Translations under genes and position numbers: made by a program | Virus record (IMG/VR): IMGVR_UViG_3300033388_005265 | Span: 1-64,000 of that record | Length of the DNA: 64,000 nt | Source: a virus | Strand: one strand, 5' to 3' | Shown: positions 55,123 to 63,999 of the stretch, one piece after another | Position numbering within the stretch: position 1 is the first letter of the stretch | How the letters are laid out: every line of letters starts with the position of its first letter | Notes under the pieces: model-generated | Seen by the model: the letters and a program-made list of their open reading frames with translations, nothing else | Database searches by the model: none | What the model was told of the DNA's origin: nothing

Positions 55123-55300
55123 GATCTAGTTTTAGTCTTTTTATCGAGTAACAAGCTTCATTTTAAAATCCCCACGTATTAACCATTGATACGACACCCC
55201 GTCATTCTCTATCTTTTATTTGGTAGGGGTGACCAGACTCGAACTGGCATTTCAAGTTTAGTTTAGGGTACAGTGCCAATTACTCATACTAATTCCGATC
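55123..55300 (-). ncRNA. circularly permuted tRNA-like RNA (YrlA/Y-RNA-type architecture)
   Basis: T arm and CACCCCT-A-CCA lie upstream of CGGGGTG and the D arm; flanks pair into a long irregular helix. Confidence 0.6.
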
Positions 55301-55520
55301 TTAAGCTATAGGGCAATACATCAACGATGATTTTTATCACTACCAATTTGCCATTCATGGCTGCTTAGGTAGATCTGACAACAACGATAAGTTTATCCCA
55401 TATCTTTAACTTATAAAACTATTAACTTAACATCAAGCCTACAGACTGACATATGCTTTATCCAGGCAAGAAAGCGCATCTCGTCAGTCCCTCCACCATC
55501 CTCAGCTAAACGTTAAGGTC

Positions 55521-56165
55521 TTAACCTAACAGGTAATCTACTATTGACTTACCAACTTTCTTATCAACAATCTCGATGTCGTTTGCTCTTTGACGAGCTT
55601 TTTTAACACCACCGATAAGCTTATCTACTCTTCCGAGCATTGTGCTTTTCTCATGAACAGAGATCATACTACACCATTCTTCACGTGTATACTTTCCAAC
55701 TTTCTTGGTGTCATTCCAGGTATGGATCTGTGCAGGCAATGACTGTCCACCTTCACCTTCCTTAGGGAATGTAGGAGGTACGAGTACAGTATTCTGTATC
55801 TCTTTCTCATCCTTGAAAGTTTCTTCAGGATGCACTCTCCTTAGTACTCCGTCTCTTTGACCTTTATCTTCTTCCCAAGCAACTCCAGGTGCAAGAGTAG
55901 GAATCGAGTCTACAAGCTCTCTAACAATCTTAAGCTTTGACTCAAGGCCAAGGAGGAATGTAGCCGGCAGTCCTTCTGCAAGTACTTCTCCGTCAACAAC
56001 CAGATCTGCAACAGCATTCTGATTTGTAGCCTCTTTCTGAAGAACTACATCGTAGTACTTTGAGACCGGACCAAGGGCATAAGCAAGCTTACTAAGCACA
56101 GTATCGACAACATCACTCCTGTCTATTTCTCCGCCTTCATTTGCCTGTCTTACGTCATTAAACAT
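55521..56165 (-). CDS. phage hypothetical protein; frame open to 56279 without a start codon
   Basis: Upstream in-frame LLAVEGDRAGLAKK... preceded by TAA at 56280..56282. Confidence 0.6.
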   Translation of the reverse strand: MFNDVRQANEGGEIDRSDVVDTVLSKLAYALGPVSKYYDVVLQKEATNQNAVADLVVDGEVLAEGLPATFLLGLESKLKIVRELVDSIPTLAPGVAWEEDKGQRDGVLRRVHPEETFKDEKEIQNTVLVPPTFPKEGEGGQSLPAQIHTWNDTKKVGKYTREEWCSMISVHEKSTMLGRVDKLIGGVKKARQRANDIEIVDKKVGKSIVDYLLG

Positions 56166-56389
56166 AGCCAGGGTCTTAATGTGACCTTTGAAGTGATCTG
56201 CTCTCTTTGTAAATGTAGAGATTGCCTCCTCAGTAGTCTTCTTTGCAAGACCTGCACGATCTCCTTCTACTGCAAGTAGTTAATGGTATTATATATTGTG
56301 CTGCATCTTCAATCGTATCAAAAGACCTCATGGTAGAGACATTTAATCTGCCTCTCCAGTATTCTGCTGCTAAATATGTCTCTTGTATG

Positions 56390-56794
56390 TTATTCATTTA
56401 TTACCATATTAGTTTTTCTTCTAAACTCTATCTCATTACGAAATACTTGTCTTATTTCTTCAGATAACTGTAATTGAGTTTCAAGGATAGCATTTATATG
56501 ATTATTTGTCAAGTCTTTTAACAATTTAAGTTTAAAATTCTCAGTACCACTCTTACCATATGTTCCCCAAGTAACTACTTCTCTAATCTGTTCATGAGGA
56601 TCATCAACATACAAAGATAACTCTTCATAGGGAGCTTCTTCGTTTAGATTACGTCTTAAGTAGCTCATGCCTCCGTCTACCATATACTCATGTTTATTTT
56701 TATCTATATAAGTAACATAGTCATGTACACTTCTGCTTACTAGAACTGTACCATCTGGAGTCTGTATGCTATTATGAATTATTCGTCTTGTCAT
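56390..56794 (-). CDS. phage hypothetical protein
   Basis: IQTPDGT...HDY...YMVDGG..YLRR. Confidence 0.65.
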   Translation of the reverse strand: MTRRIIHNSIQTPDGTVLVSRSVHDYVTYIDKNKHEYMVDGGMSYLRRNLNEEAPYEELSLYVDDPHEQIREVVTWGTYGKSGTENFKLKLLKDLTNNHINAILETQLQLSEEIRQVFRNEIEFRRKTNMVINE

Positions 56795-57017
56795 ACTTCT
56801 TGTTTATCTTTTGTAGTATTCCTATTATTCTATCCGGATCTTTACATAATTTTTCAAGTGGAGTTTCACTTTCAATCACTCTAGTATTTGCTCCACACCA
56901 GTCACACTTCTGATCTTCGTCACCTTCTAGTTCATGATGACATTTTGTGCACTTTAAATAAGGCATCAATATCACCTCACTACAAAATATGGCATTCCGC
57001 CTGGCATTACTTGCCAC
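56772..57017 (-). CDS. zinc-ribbon protein (start probably MPYLKC)
   Basis: CTKC...CDWC. Confidence 0.55.
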   Translation of the reverse strand: MASNARRNAIFCSEVILMPYLKCTKCHHELEGDEDQKCDWCGANTRVIESETPLEKLCKDPDRIIGILQKINKKYDKTNNS

Positions 57018-57361
57018 ATATCACGTGGCATTAAAAAAGCAGCTAAGTCAGCAGCAATACCAAGAGAAAGTAACTGTTCTATGTTCATGTGCTCTCCCCA
57101 CTGTATGCCATCTTTATCTACGCATGCATTTAAAAAACTCCAACCGCCACCTGATAACTCCTGAAACTTTTCAGGAAGCTGCTTTAATAGATTATGTATT
57201 TCAGGCTTATGAAGTTCAATTTTTACTGGATCAAATCCAAACTTACATGTTACAGAGTCTACTATCGTAGCATCATCAGTTAAAGACTCTTGACTTGTTC
57301 CATATGGAAATAAGCAATCCTTAAAAATCTCATTTACCTTATCTGCTGTTAATGTAGTCAT
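56972..57361 (-). CDS. phage hypothetical protein
   Basis: GGGWSFLNAC, WGEH, PGGMPYF. Confidence 0.65.
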   Translation of the reverse strand: MTTLTADKVNEIFKDCLFPYGTSQESLTDDATIVDSVTCKFGFDPVKIELHKPEIHNLLKQLPEKFQELSGGGWSFLNACVDKDGIQWGEHMNIEQLLSLGIAADLAAFLMPRDMWQVMPGGMPYFVVR

Positions 57362-57690
57362 CTTCCAAGCTTCCTCAGGCCTTTAAGACCTTTCATATTT
57401 GCCATTCCTTTGGCGCCGACTCTTTCTCTTAAGTCAACTTCTTTTCTACCAAGATCTGAATCAGGAACAAGTCTTATTCCTGTAGGCAGTATATCATGTT
57501 CCTTAACTCTTTTAATAATCTTAATATGCTTACAGCCGTCTGCTGGACGATAATTTATCCATCCAGGACAGCTACATAGCCATTCATCTTTATCTGTATC
57601 ATGAGTAACTTTATACTCTTTTCCCTTCTTGCTTGATGCTGATTTAGCATACCACTGAGGAAACTTACTAAACTTCGTTTTTCTAGCCAT
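57358..57690 (-). CDS. SWIM zinc-finger protein
   Basis: CSCPGW...GCKHI. Confidence 0.7.
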   Translation of the reverse strand: MARKTKFSKFPQWYAKSASSKKGKEYKVTHDTDKDEWLCSCPGWINYRPADGCKHIKIIKRVKEHDILPTGIRLVPDSDLGRKEVDLRERVGAKGMANMKGLKGLRKLGR

Positions 57691-58387
57691 GAGTACTCTT
57701 GCTCCTAGGCATAATTTTATTTACACTAATTACTTCTCTTGTAGGCAATATTATTGCACTAAGTTTATTATTGAAGCATCCAGCAGTATCTATGTTTGCA
57801 CCTACTATATCTTGTTTTTCAGCAATAGGATTCCATTTCTGTAAGAACTCTACTTCTTGCTGAGGGGTATGCCCAAATACTTGGAATTTACCTAGATTTT
57901 TAGCCTTGCTACTACGATCCCATACTAACATCTCTTGAGATCTTTCACTACAATCTCTAAAAGTCTTTTCAACATGTATCGGTACACCGGCATGAGACAG
58001 TATAAAATCATCAGTCTCTATGTAGTAAGGCATATTAATCATGTATTCTAAATGGCTATCTGGAATATCTACTATTTTATCTCCATTATCATAAGACTTA
58101 AGAGTAGTTAGTCCACCATTCATTTCAAAGATACCAGGATTATACTTTCCTCTTTCTCCAATATAGTCGATGAACATATCTTCATGGTTGCCTTTAACAC
58201 TGATTATCCCTCTGTCTATACATTCCTGTATAACAGCCTTACTGTCTGGCCCACGATCTATTAGATCGCCGGTAGTGTATACCTGTTCAATATCTGCGGG
58301 CAGTTTTTCAAGCAATTCAAGAAGCTCTGCATGCAAACCATGTATGTCACCTATTATAGCTACTTTACTCATTGTCAATATCCTCAA
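57683..58387 (-). CDS. Ser/Thr protein phosphatase-family metallophosphoesterase (lambda NinI/PrpA-like)
   Basis: GDIHG, GDLIDRGPDS, KGNHE, SHAG, FGHTP. Confidence 0.9.
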   Translation of the reverse strand: MRILTMSKVAIIGDIHGLHAELLELLEKLPADIEQVYTTGDLIDRGPDSKAVIQECIDRGIISVKGNHEDMFIDYIGERGKYNPGIFEMNGGLTTLKSYDNGDKIVDIPDSHLEYMINMPYYIETDDFILSHAGVPIHVEKTFRDCSERSQEMLVWDRSSKAKNLGKFQVFGHTPQQEVEFLQKWNPIAEKQDIVGANIDTAGCFNNKLSAIILPTREVISVNKIMPRSKSTHG

Positions 58388-58661
58388 CTATGGCTTCTTT
58401 TACTCTACCATCAGTAACCCGAATGCTCATTTGTACTAAATCTGCATCTTGTGTGGTATCTACTCCAAGAAGATTATTAGTCATACCTACCATAGCAAGC
58501 AGAGCATCATAAGTTTCAATATCCTTTTCAGTGATTAGATCTATTGCTCCACACTTTGGACATGATTTATTAAGCCATACTTGCATGTTGTTAATTTCCA
58601 TTTGAAAATCACAATCATCACATACTATTGTGACTCTGTCATTTTGTATAGGCTTACTCAT
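58365..58661 (-). CDS. zinc-ribbon protein
   Basis: CDDC...CPKC. Confidence 0.55.
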   Translation of the reverse strand: MSKPIQNDRVTIVCDDCDFQMEINNMQVWLNKSCPKCGAIDLITEKDIETYDALLAMVGMTNNLLGVDTTQDADLVQMSIRVTDGRVKEAIVEDIDNE

Positions 58662-59164
58662 TGTATAAATACCTCATATATTGCATATAGAATACAAATT
58701 ACTAAGGTTACTTGTGCTACAACCTTCATTCCATCTGCTACTGTGCTAACTGGACTTTCAATGCCTGGGAGATCATCATCATTATATGAGTGGTCTCCAT
58801 CATACATATGATATGGCTCTTTAAAGAAATCATCATCATCAGCTTCTAAGAGTAACTCATTAGCTTTTTCAAGTTCTTCTTCAGACCTTTCTTTTGCTGC
58901 TCTTAAATTACACTTGACTTCGTTAAATACAGCTTCATGAGATATTACCCATTCAAAAAGCTCATCATCTTCTTTATTATCAAGCGTCATTCTTATTTTC
59001 ATTTCTAACATTTCTTCATGACGTGATTCTAGCCACTCTTCAAATGTTTTTAGATCTTTTACATGCGTATCAACCGAGAATTTACCTAAGGGATTCTTAT
59101 TAAGCAACTCAGATAAAGGAGTCATTCCGGCTTCTTTCATTCTTTTGTCAAGATCTTCTTTCAT
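58658..59164 (-). CDS. hypothetical protein with C-terminal TM helix
   Basis: VVAQVTLVICILYAIY. Confidence 0.55.
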   Translation of the reverse strand: MKEDLDKRMKEAGMTPLSELLNKNPLGKFSVDTHVKDLKTFEEWLESRHEEMLEMKIRMTLDNKEDDELFEWVISHEAVFNEVKCNLRAAKERSEEELEKANELLLEADDDDFFKEPYHMYDGDHSYNDDDLPGIESPVSTVADGMKVVAQVTLVICILYAIYEVFIQ

Positions 59165-59484
59165 TAGTTAGCCTTTTCTATATGTGTTATATCAAGACAC
59201 AATTTATCTTTTAAGTTTTTAAAGACACGTCCTTTTACAGTAACTCTAATGTCTTCCTTCATAGAGTTAAACTCTATATGGCTGCTCTTACTTATACTTT
59301 CATGCTTAATGTAAACTAATATAGACTCTACTCCATCATGGAGCTCTATAATAGAGGTAGTTCCTTTAGTCCCTTTATTTTTCATTATTCCAGTAACTGA
59401 ATAAAGATCCGCGATCTTTTTAAGCTTCAATTCTGAAGAACCATCATACTTTAACTTAAGCGTCTCTATACATGTATCTTTCAA
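59164..59484 (-). CDS. stand-alone OB-fold protein
   Basis: VTGIM...IELHDG...VTVKGRV resembles DnaE/tRNA-anticodon OB folds. Confidence 0.5.
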   Translation of the reverse strand: MKDTCIETLKLKYDGSSELKLKKIADLYSVTGIMKNKGTKGTTSIIELHDGVESILVYIKHESISKSSHIEFNSMKEDIRVTVKGRVFKNLKDKLCLDITHIEKAN

Positions 59485-59516
59485 TTACTACTCCTACCTG
59501 TTTTATTTTTCTTTTA

Positions 59517-59729
59517 TTAATAGTTTTTGTATAGCTTGTATTGTCGAATAAGTTCTTTATCATTGTCCTCTTTGTTCTTAATTGCAAGACATATAGCTAA
59601 TGGGCAAAATAAAGTGTTCAAAATAAAACATTTTACTTTTTTATCTTGTCTATTTAAAATTGTATGCATTTTTGTAGCAAATATTCCCCACATTATTGCA
59701 GTAAATACATATAATATTATAGATATCAT
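59517..59729 (-). CDS. small membrane protein
   Basis: Two hydrophobic segments. Confidence 0.5.
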   Translation of the reverse strand: MISIILYVFTAIMWGIFATKMHTILNRQDKKVKCFILNTLFCPLAICLAIKNKEDNDKELIRQYKLYKNY

Positions 59730-59825
59730 TTTATCTTCCCCTTTTCTGTTTTCTTTTTATTATGCAATTTAATTATTTTTTGTTTTATACTATAATAAGA
59801 ACATTAACCTACAGGAGACTTAAAT

Positions 59826-60578
59826 ATGTCTAATCCAATTGAAAAACAATGTGCCGGTCCATGTGGACTAATAAAATCTTTATCCGATTTTCATATCCAT
59901 AAGAATGGTTTATATGGACATCGCTCTAGATGTAAGATTTGCAAATCTCAAGAAAGTGCTGAATATCGTAAAAACAATCCTAATCAAGCTATACAGTATC
60001 GTAAAAACAATGCTACTAAAGCAAAAGTCTATGGAGCTAAATACCGTAAAGACAATGCTAACATTCTTAAAGATTATTTTACTCAACATCGCCTAAATAA
60101 TCAAGATACTATTATTAAATGGCGTAAAGACAATCCAGATTATGCCAAATTATACCGACAAGACCATAAGGATACAATTTTAGCAAAAGCAGCTATTTAT
60201 CGTCAAAATAATAAGCAGGCAATTGCTGAACATGCTACTATTTATCGTAAAAACAACAAACAAAAGCTAGCTGAGTACGGCGTTAAGTATCGTCAAGACA
60301 ATCCAGGCAAAGTAAATGAAATAACTGCTAAGCGTAGAGCAGCTAAACTTCAGAGGACAGTAGCTTGGGCAGACTTAAAAGCAATTAAACAAGTTTACGC
60401 TGATTGCGAAGAAATAAACTTAGCTGCTAAAACAGCAGGATGCACCGATATATTTACTGTAGACCATGTTATTCCTCTTCAAGGAGAGTTTGTTTCTGGC
60501 TTACATGTGGAATATAATTTAGATATAATTACTCTTTCAGCAAACTCTTCTAAAGGTAATAGGTTTACTCCTGGCTAA
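59826..60578 (+). CDS. HNH-type homing endonuclease (expanded family), antisense
   Basis: CAGPC...CKIC; YRKNN repeats; KLQRTVAWAD; EINLAAKTAGC; VDHVIPLQG. Confidence 0.85.
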   Translation: MSNPIEKQCAGPCGLIKSLSDFHIHKNGLYGHRSRCKICKSQESAEYRKNNPNQAIQYRKNNATKAKVYGAKYRKDNANILKDYFTQHRLNNQDTIIKWRKDNPDYAKLYRQDHKDTILAKAAIYRQNNKQAIAEHATIYRKNNKQKLAEYGVKYRQDNPGKVNEITAKRRAAKLQRTVAWADLKAIKQVYADCEEINLAAKTAGCTDIFTVDHVIPLQGEFVSGLHVEYNLDIITLSANSSKGNRFTPG

Positions 60579-60579
60579 T

Positions 60580-61401
60580 TCAGCGTTTCTTTTTTAGTTT
60601 ACCAGCTTTAAGCTTTCTTTTTCTGTTGTCAGGCATCTTACGAAAAGAACATTCGTTAAACCCCTTCTTTTTTATCATACTTTTATCACTTACTTCAACC
60701 AATTCTGGTGTATTTCTAGGAATTACTCCTCCCATATACATAGAGATCTCCTGGTATGCTGTAAATGCATCTATCTTTTCAAAGAAGTGGAGATCTTTTA
60801 GATTGTTATTAATTATTAATCCTCCATTAACTAGATCAGGATGTTTCATTGTGCTATGATCCGAAGGAGTAAGTCCAATTTGTAGCTTCATATGTTGTAC
60901 TACTGTAAAAACGGGAGCCTTATTACCTATAAAGAACTTTTCAAACTCTTTACTACGTTTACCAAGCTTAAAAAACTCCATAGTAGACTTTTTATTAGTG
61001 CCCCAAAGTGAAGTCTTATCTCGTACTTCTTTTAATTTTGACTCTAATTTATACTTTCCTAATATTTCTATTAGTTTTTTGTAACTATATACATATATCA
61101 TCTTATATTTAGCATCCCCAAATATATCTTTTCCAATACGTATTTTTAGCTCCATACCAGGAAACACCCTTCCACAGAAGCCTATTATAAACGGTTCAGC
61201 AGTAAGTTTTATTTCACTCTTATCATAGCGCCATCTATTACTGCTCCACCTAGGAGCACAGCTAAACAGATCCTTAATGAACTTACATTCAAACTCATCC
61301 AGTTTAATCTTACGAGGATGCCTCACATATACTAAGGTTTCATCTATTCCCAATCCTTGGGCTGAATCATAATAATCTCGTTCTTTAGATATAATTCGCA
61401 T
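60580..61401 (-). CDS. phage hypothetical protein
   Basis: MRIISKERDYYD...IGFCG...DAFTAYQEISMY. Confidence 0.65.
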   Translation of the reverse strand: MRIISKERDYYDSAQGLGIDETLVYVRHPRKIKLDEFECKFIKDLFSCAPRWSSNRWRYDKSEIKLTAEPFIIGFCGRVFPGMELKIRIGKDIFGDAKYKMIYVYSYKKLIEILGKYKLESKLKEVRDKTSLWGTNKKSTMEFFKLGKRSKEFEKFFIGNKAPVFTVVQHMKLQIGLTPSDHSTMKHPDLVNGGLIINNNLKDLHFFEKIDAFTAYQEISMYMGGVIPRNTPELVEVSDKSMIKKKGFNECSFRKMPDNRKRKLKAGKLKKKR

Positions 61402-61430
61402 ATTCTTACCTGTTTTGTTTTATATTATAT

Positions 61431-62102
61431 ATGTCCAATATAGTAGAAAAAACTTGCTCAGGTCCATGTAGACTGACTAAACTTGTTTCTGATTTCTATG
61501 TCGATCAGATCAACAAGGATCAGTCTATTCGTTATCGCAATAAATGTAAATCTTGTATTTCTAAAGATAAAGCTAAGCATTATCGAAAACATAAAGAAGA
61601 AATCTGCAAGAGATCTTCTGATTATCGTAAAGCTAATCCTGACTACGCTGTGTCTTGGCGAAAAAATAATCCTAATTATAATTCAAAATATAATGCGAAT
61701 AACATTGAAGTCACACAAGCATATAAAAAAACAAATAAAGCTAAAATTAAAGTTCAGAGAGCAGAGCACTATAAAAGAAATAGAAAAACAATCATTGAGC
61801 GTTCTATCAAGTATAGTCTTGACAATCCAGGTAAGACTAGAGCAACTAAAGCTAAGCGTCATGCAGCAAAACTTCAGCGTACGGTAGCTTGGGCCAATCT
61901 AGAAGCAATCAAAGATATCTATAAGGATTGTGAAGAAATTAATTTAGCCGCTAAGACAGCAGGCTGTACAGAAATATTTACTGTAGACCATATAATTCCT
62001 CTTCAAGGAAAGCTAGTATCTGGCCTTCATGTAGAATATAATCTGGATATTATTACTCTTTCTAATAATTGTTCCAAAAGCAATAGTTTTATTCCAAGTT
62101 AA
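61431..62102 (+). CDS. HNH-type homing endonuclease (expanded family), antisense
   Basis: CSGPC...CKSC; KLQRTVAWAN; EINLAAKTAGC; VDHIIPLQG. Confidence 0.85.
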   Translation: MSNIVEKTCSGPCRLTKLVSDFYVDQINKDQSIRYRNKCKSCISKDKAKHYRKHKEEICKRSSDYRKANPDYAVSWRKNNPNYNSKYNANNIEVTQAYKKTNKAKIKVQRAEHYKRNRKTIIERSIKYSLDNPGKTRATKAKRHAAKLQRTVAWANLEAIKDIYKDCEEINLAAKTAGCTEIFTVDHIIPLQGKLVSGLHVEYNLDIITLSNNCSKSNSFIPS

Positions 62103-62144
62103 ACTTTCCTCTCAATGCTGGACGAGTCATAATAGTCTTTTTTC

Positions 62145-62336
62145 TTAGATACGATCTTCATAAGCTATATCCTTACAATGTTGAAGCTCACCTTCATAAT
62201 CAAAGCATATCTTTTCACATGCTTCTTCTAGCTTTGTTAAAGATTGACTAATATGGTTATCACCAGATTTTATGTCATCTATAACTTCGTGTTTAGCATG
62301 CTGGAGTTCTAGGTATTGATCATCAAGTGTACTCAT
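62145..62336 (-). CDS. small hypothetical protein
   Basis: Operon-packed. Confidence 0.45.
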   Translation of the reverse strand: MSTLDDQYLELQHAKHEVIDDIKSGDNHISQSLTKLEEACEKICFDYEGELQHCKDIAYEDRI

Positions 62337-62565
62337 AATCTGTACCTATACTAACAACCTCTATTCTAGAGTGATCGGTAACATGTATCATCTCTTCATT
62401 AGGGTTATTTGTAGGTTGATATGCATTAGCATTATCACATATTTGTTTTGCATTACCATGAGTATATTTGCCAGCCTGTCTTAAGCTACTTGTATAGCCA
62501 CAGTTATTCCGTCTCCACCAGCCATTATGTTCAAAACTCCATATATAGTAATTAAGATCAATCAT
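62323..62565 (-). CDS. small hypothetical protein
   Basis: YIWSFEHNGWWR...GYT...AGKY. Confidence 0.55.
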   Translation of the reverse strand: MIDLNYYIWSFEHNGWWRRNNCGYTSSLRQAGKYTHGNAKQICDNANAYQPTNNPNEEMIHVTDHSRIEVVSIGTDYEYT

Positions 62566-62788
62566 AATCTTTTATTGCCTCTATTGCTGCGAAGATATTC
62601 TCTGCATCATTAATAGCTTTTACACATTCATGCTCAGATCTAAACTGAGACTGCTTCCATCTATTACCAGCAACTCTATACCATACTCTGCTGCTACCTC
62701 TAAGTCCTCCAGAACCAGGACCATCGAACTCATCTGTAGATTTTATTATTATTTCACTATTGTTTTTACAGTTTATTATTCTACTCAT
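62558..62788 (-). CDS. small hypothetical protein
   Basis: Operon-packed. Confidence 0.5.
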   Translation of the reverse strand: MSRIINCKNNSEIIIKSTDEFDGPGSGGLRGSSRVWYRVAGNRWKQSQFRSEHECVKAINDAENIFAAIEAIKDYD

Positions 62789-63036
62789 ACTTTAACCAGA
62801 TCTTTCAATCTGATTTTACTCCCTTTTGCTGTAACTTTTTTTATTTCTATAATTTTATTTATTACAAATTTTTCATAGAGACGTTTGCTTCCATATCCTT
62901 TAAGTCTTAATGCTTTGGGAATCAAGCCATGTTTTTGGTAACTTTCAAAGCAGCCAATGCTCATAGGAATTCCGAGCGAACCTTTCTTAATCACTTCTTT
63001 AACTATTTCGGCTCTAGTATAAAACTTATCACTCAT
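62785..63036 (-). CDS. MerR-like HTH protein
   Basis: YTRAEI...FESYQKHGLIP...RLY. Confidence 0.6.
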   Translation of the reverse strand: MSDKFYTRAEIVKEVIKKGSLGIPMSIGCFESYQKHGLIPKALRLKGYGSKRLYEKFVINKIIEIKKVTAKGSKIRLKDLVKV

Positions 63037-63130
63037 TAACTTATTTCTCCCTTATCGAACTATTTTTAGCATATCTTCGTACACTTTGTTTTATATTATA
63101 CTATAGCACGTAGCTAATGGAGACATCAAT

Positions 63131-63733
63131 ATGAATAAGATAACTGAGAAAAAATGTACTGGTCCATGTAGCTTAGTAAAGACTATTAATGAATTCTATA
63201 TTGATAGGAATCCTAAGTCTAAGTCTGGTTATCGTTCTCAATGTAAGACTTGTATAATTGAAAGTCGTACCGAATACTATTATAATAACAAAAAATTAAG
63301 AACAAAATATCTTATAGACAATGCAGAAACAACTGCTATCACACGAGCTGCTTATCGTAAAAACAACAAAGAGAAAATTGCTATTCAAGTGGCGCGAGCT
63401 CGAAAAAAGAATCCTGAGTTATTTCGCAAAAGAAACTCAGATTACAAATCAAATAATAAAGATAAGATTAATGCTGCTACAGCTAAACGTAGAGCAGCAA
63501 AGCTTCAGCGTACAGTAGCTTGGGCAGATCTAGGTAAAATCAGAGACATATATGATCAATGTATTGAAATCAATTTAACAGCTAAAACTGCAGGTTGTAC
63601 TGAAATCTTTGTAGTTGACCATGTCATTCCTCTAGTTGGGAAACTTGTATCTGGTTTGCATGTGGAAAACAATCTACAGATAATGACACTTAAAGATAAT
63701 TGTCGCAAACATAATAAATTTATTCCAGGCTAA
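63131..63733 (+). CDS. HNH-type homing endonuclease (expanded family), antisense
   Basis: CTGPC...CKTC; KLQRTVAWAD; EINLTAKTAGC; VDHVIPLVG. Confidence 0.85.
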   Translation: MNKITEKKCTGPCSLVKTINEFYIDRNPKSKSGYRSQCKTCIIESRTEYYYNNKKLRTKYLIDNAETTAITRAAYRKNNKEKIAIQVARARKKNPELFRKRNSDYKSNNKDKINAATAKRRAAKLQRTVAWADLGKIRDIYDQCIEINLTAKTAGCTEIFVVDHVIPLVGKLVSGLHVENNLQIMTLKDNCRKHNKFIPG

Positions 63734-63735
63734 TT

Positions 63736-63999
63736 CTAAAGATCAGGTTCAAATACTCCATCTTTATTTATTGCACCTGAACGGAAACTAACTCCAACCG
63801 GAAAACGAGGCAGCCCATCATCCGTAAGGCCGAAATATCGTACTGTAATAAATGATTTTGCTGCAACTATTCTATCTAGATTGTTCCATAGAGCAGCTCG
63901 GTACTCGTGATTCCCACGAGGAACACAGCCAAACTCTTTATTGTCCGTGGTCTTACATATAAATGTGACGTGTCCTTCTGCAGAGCCAGAACCCTCATA
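63736..63999 (-). CDS. ATP-dependent DNA ligase, C-terminal OB domain (runs off window end)
   Basis: Hand translation: ...ITVRYFGLTDDGLPRFPVGVSFR... Confidence 0.75.
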   Translation of the reverse strand, partial: YEGSGSAEGHVTFICKTTDNKEFGCVPRGNHEYRAALWNNLDRIVAAKSFITVRYFGLTDDGLPRFPVGVSFRSGAINKDGVFEPDL

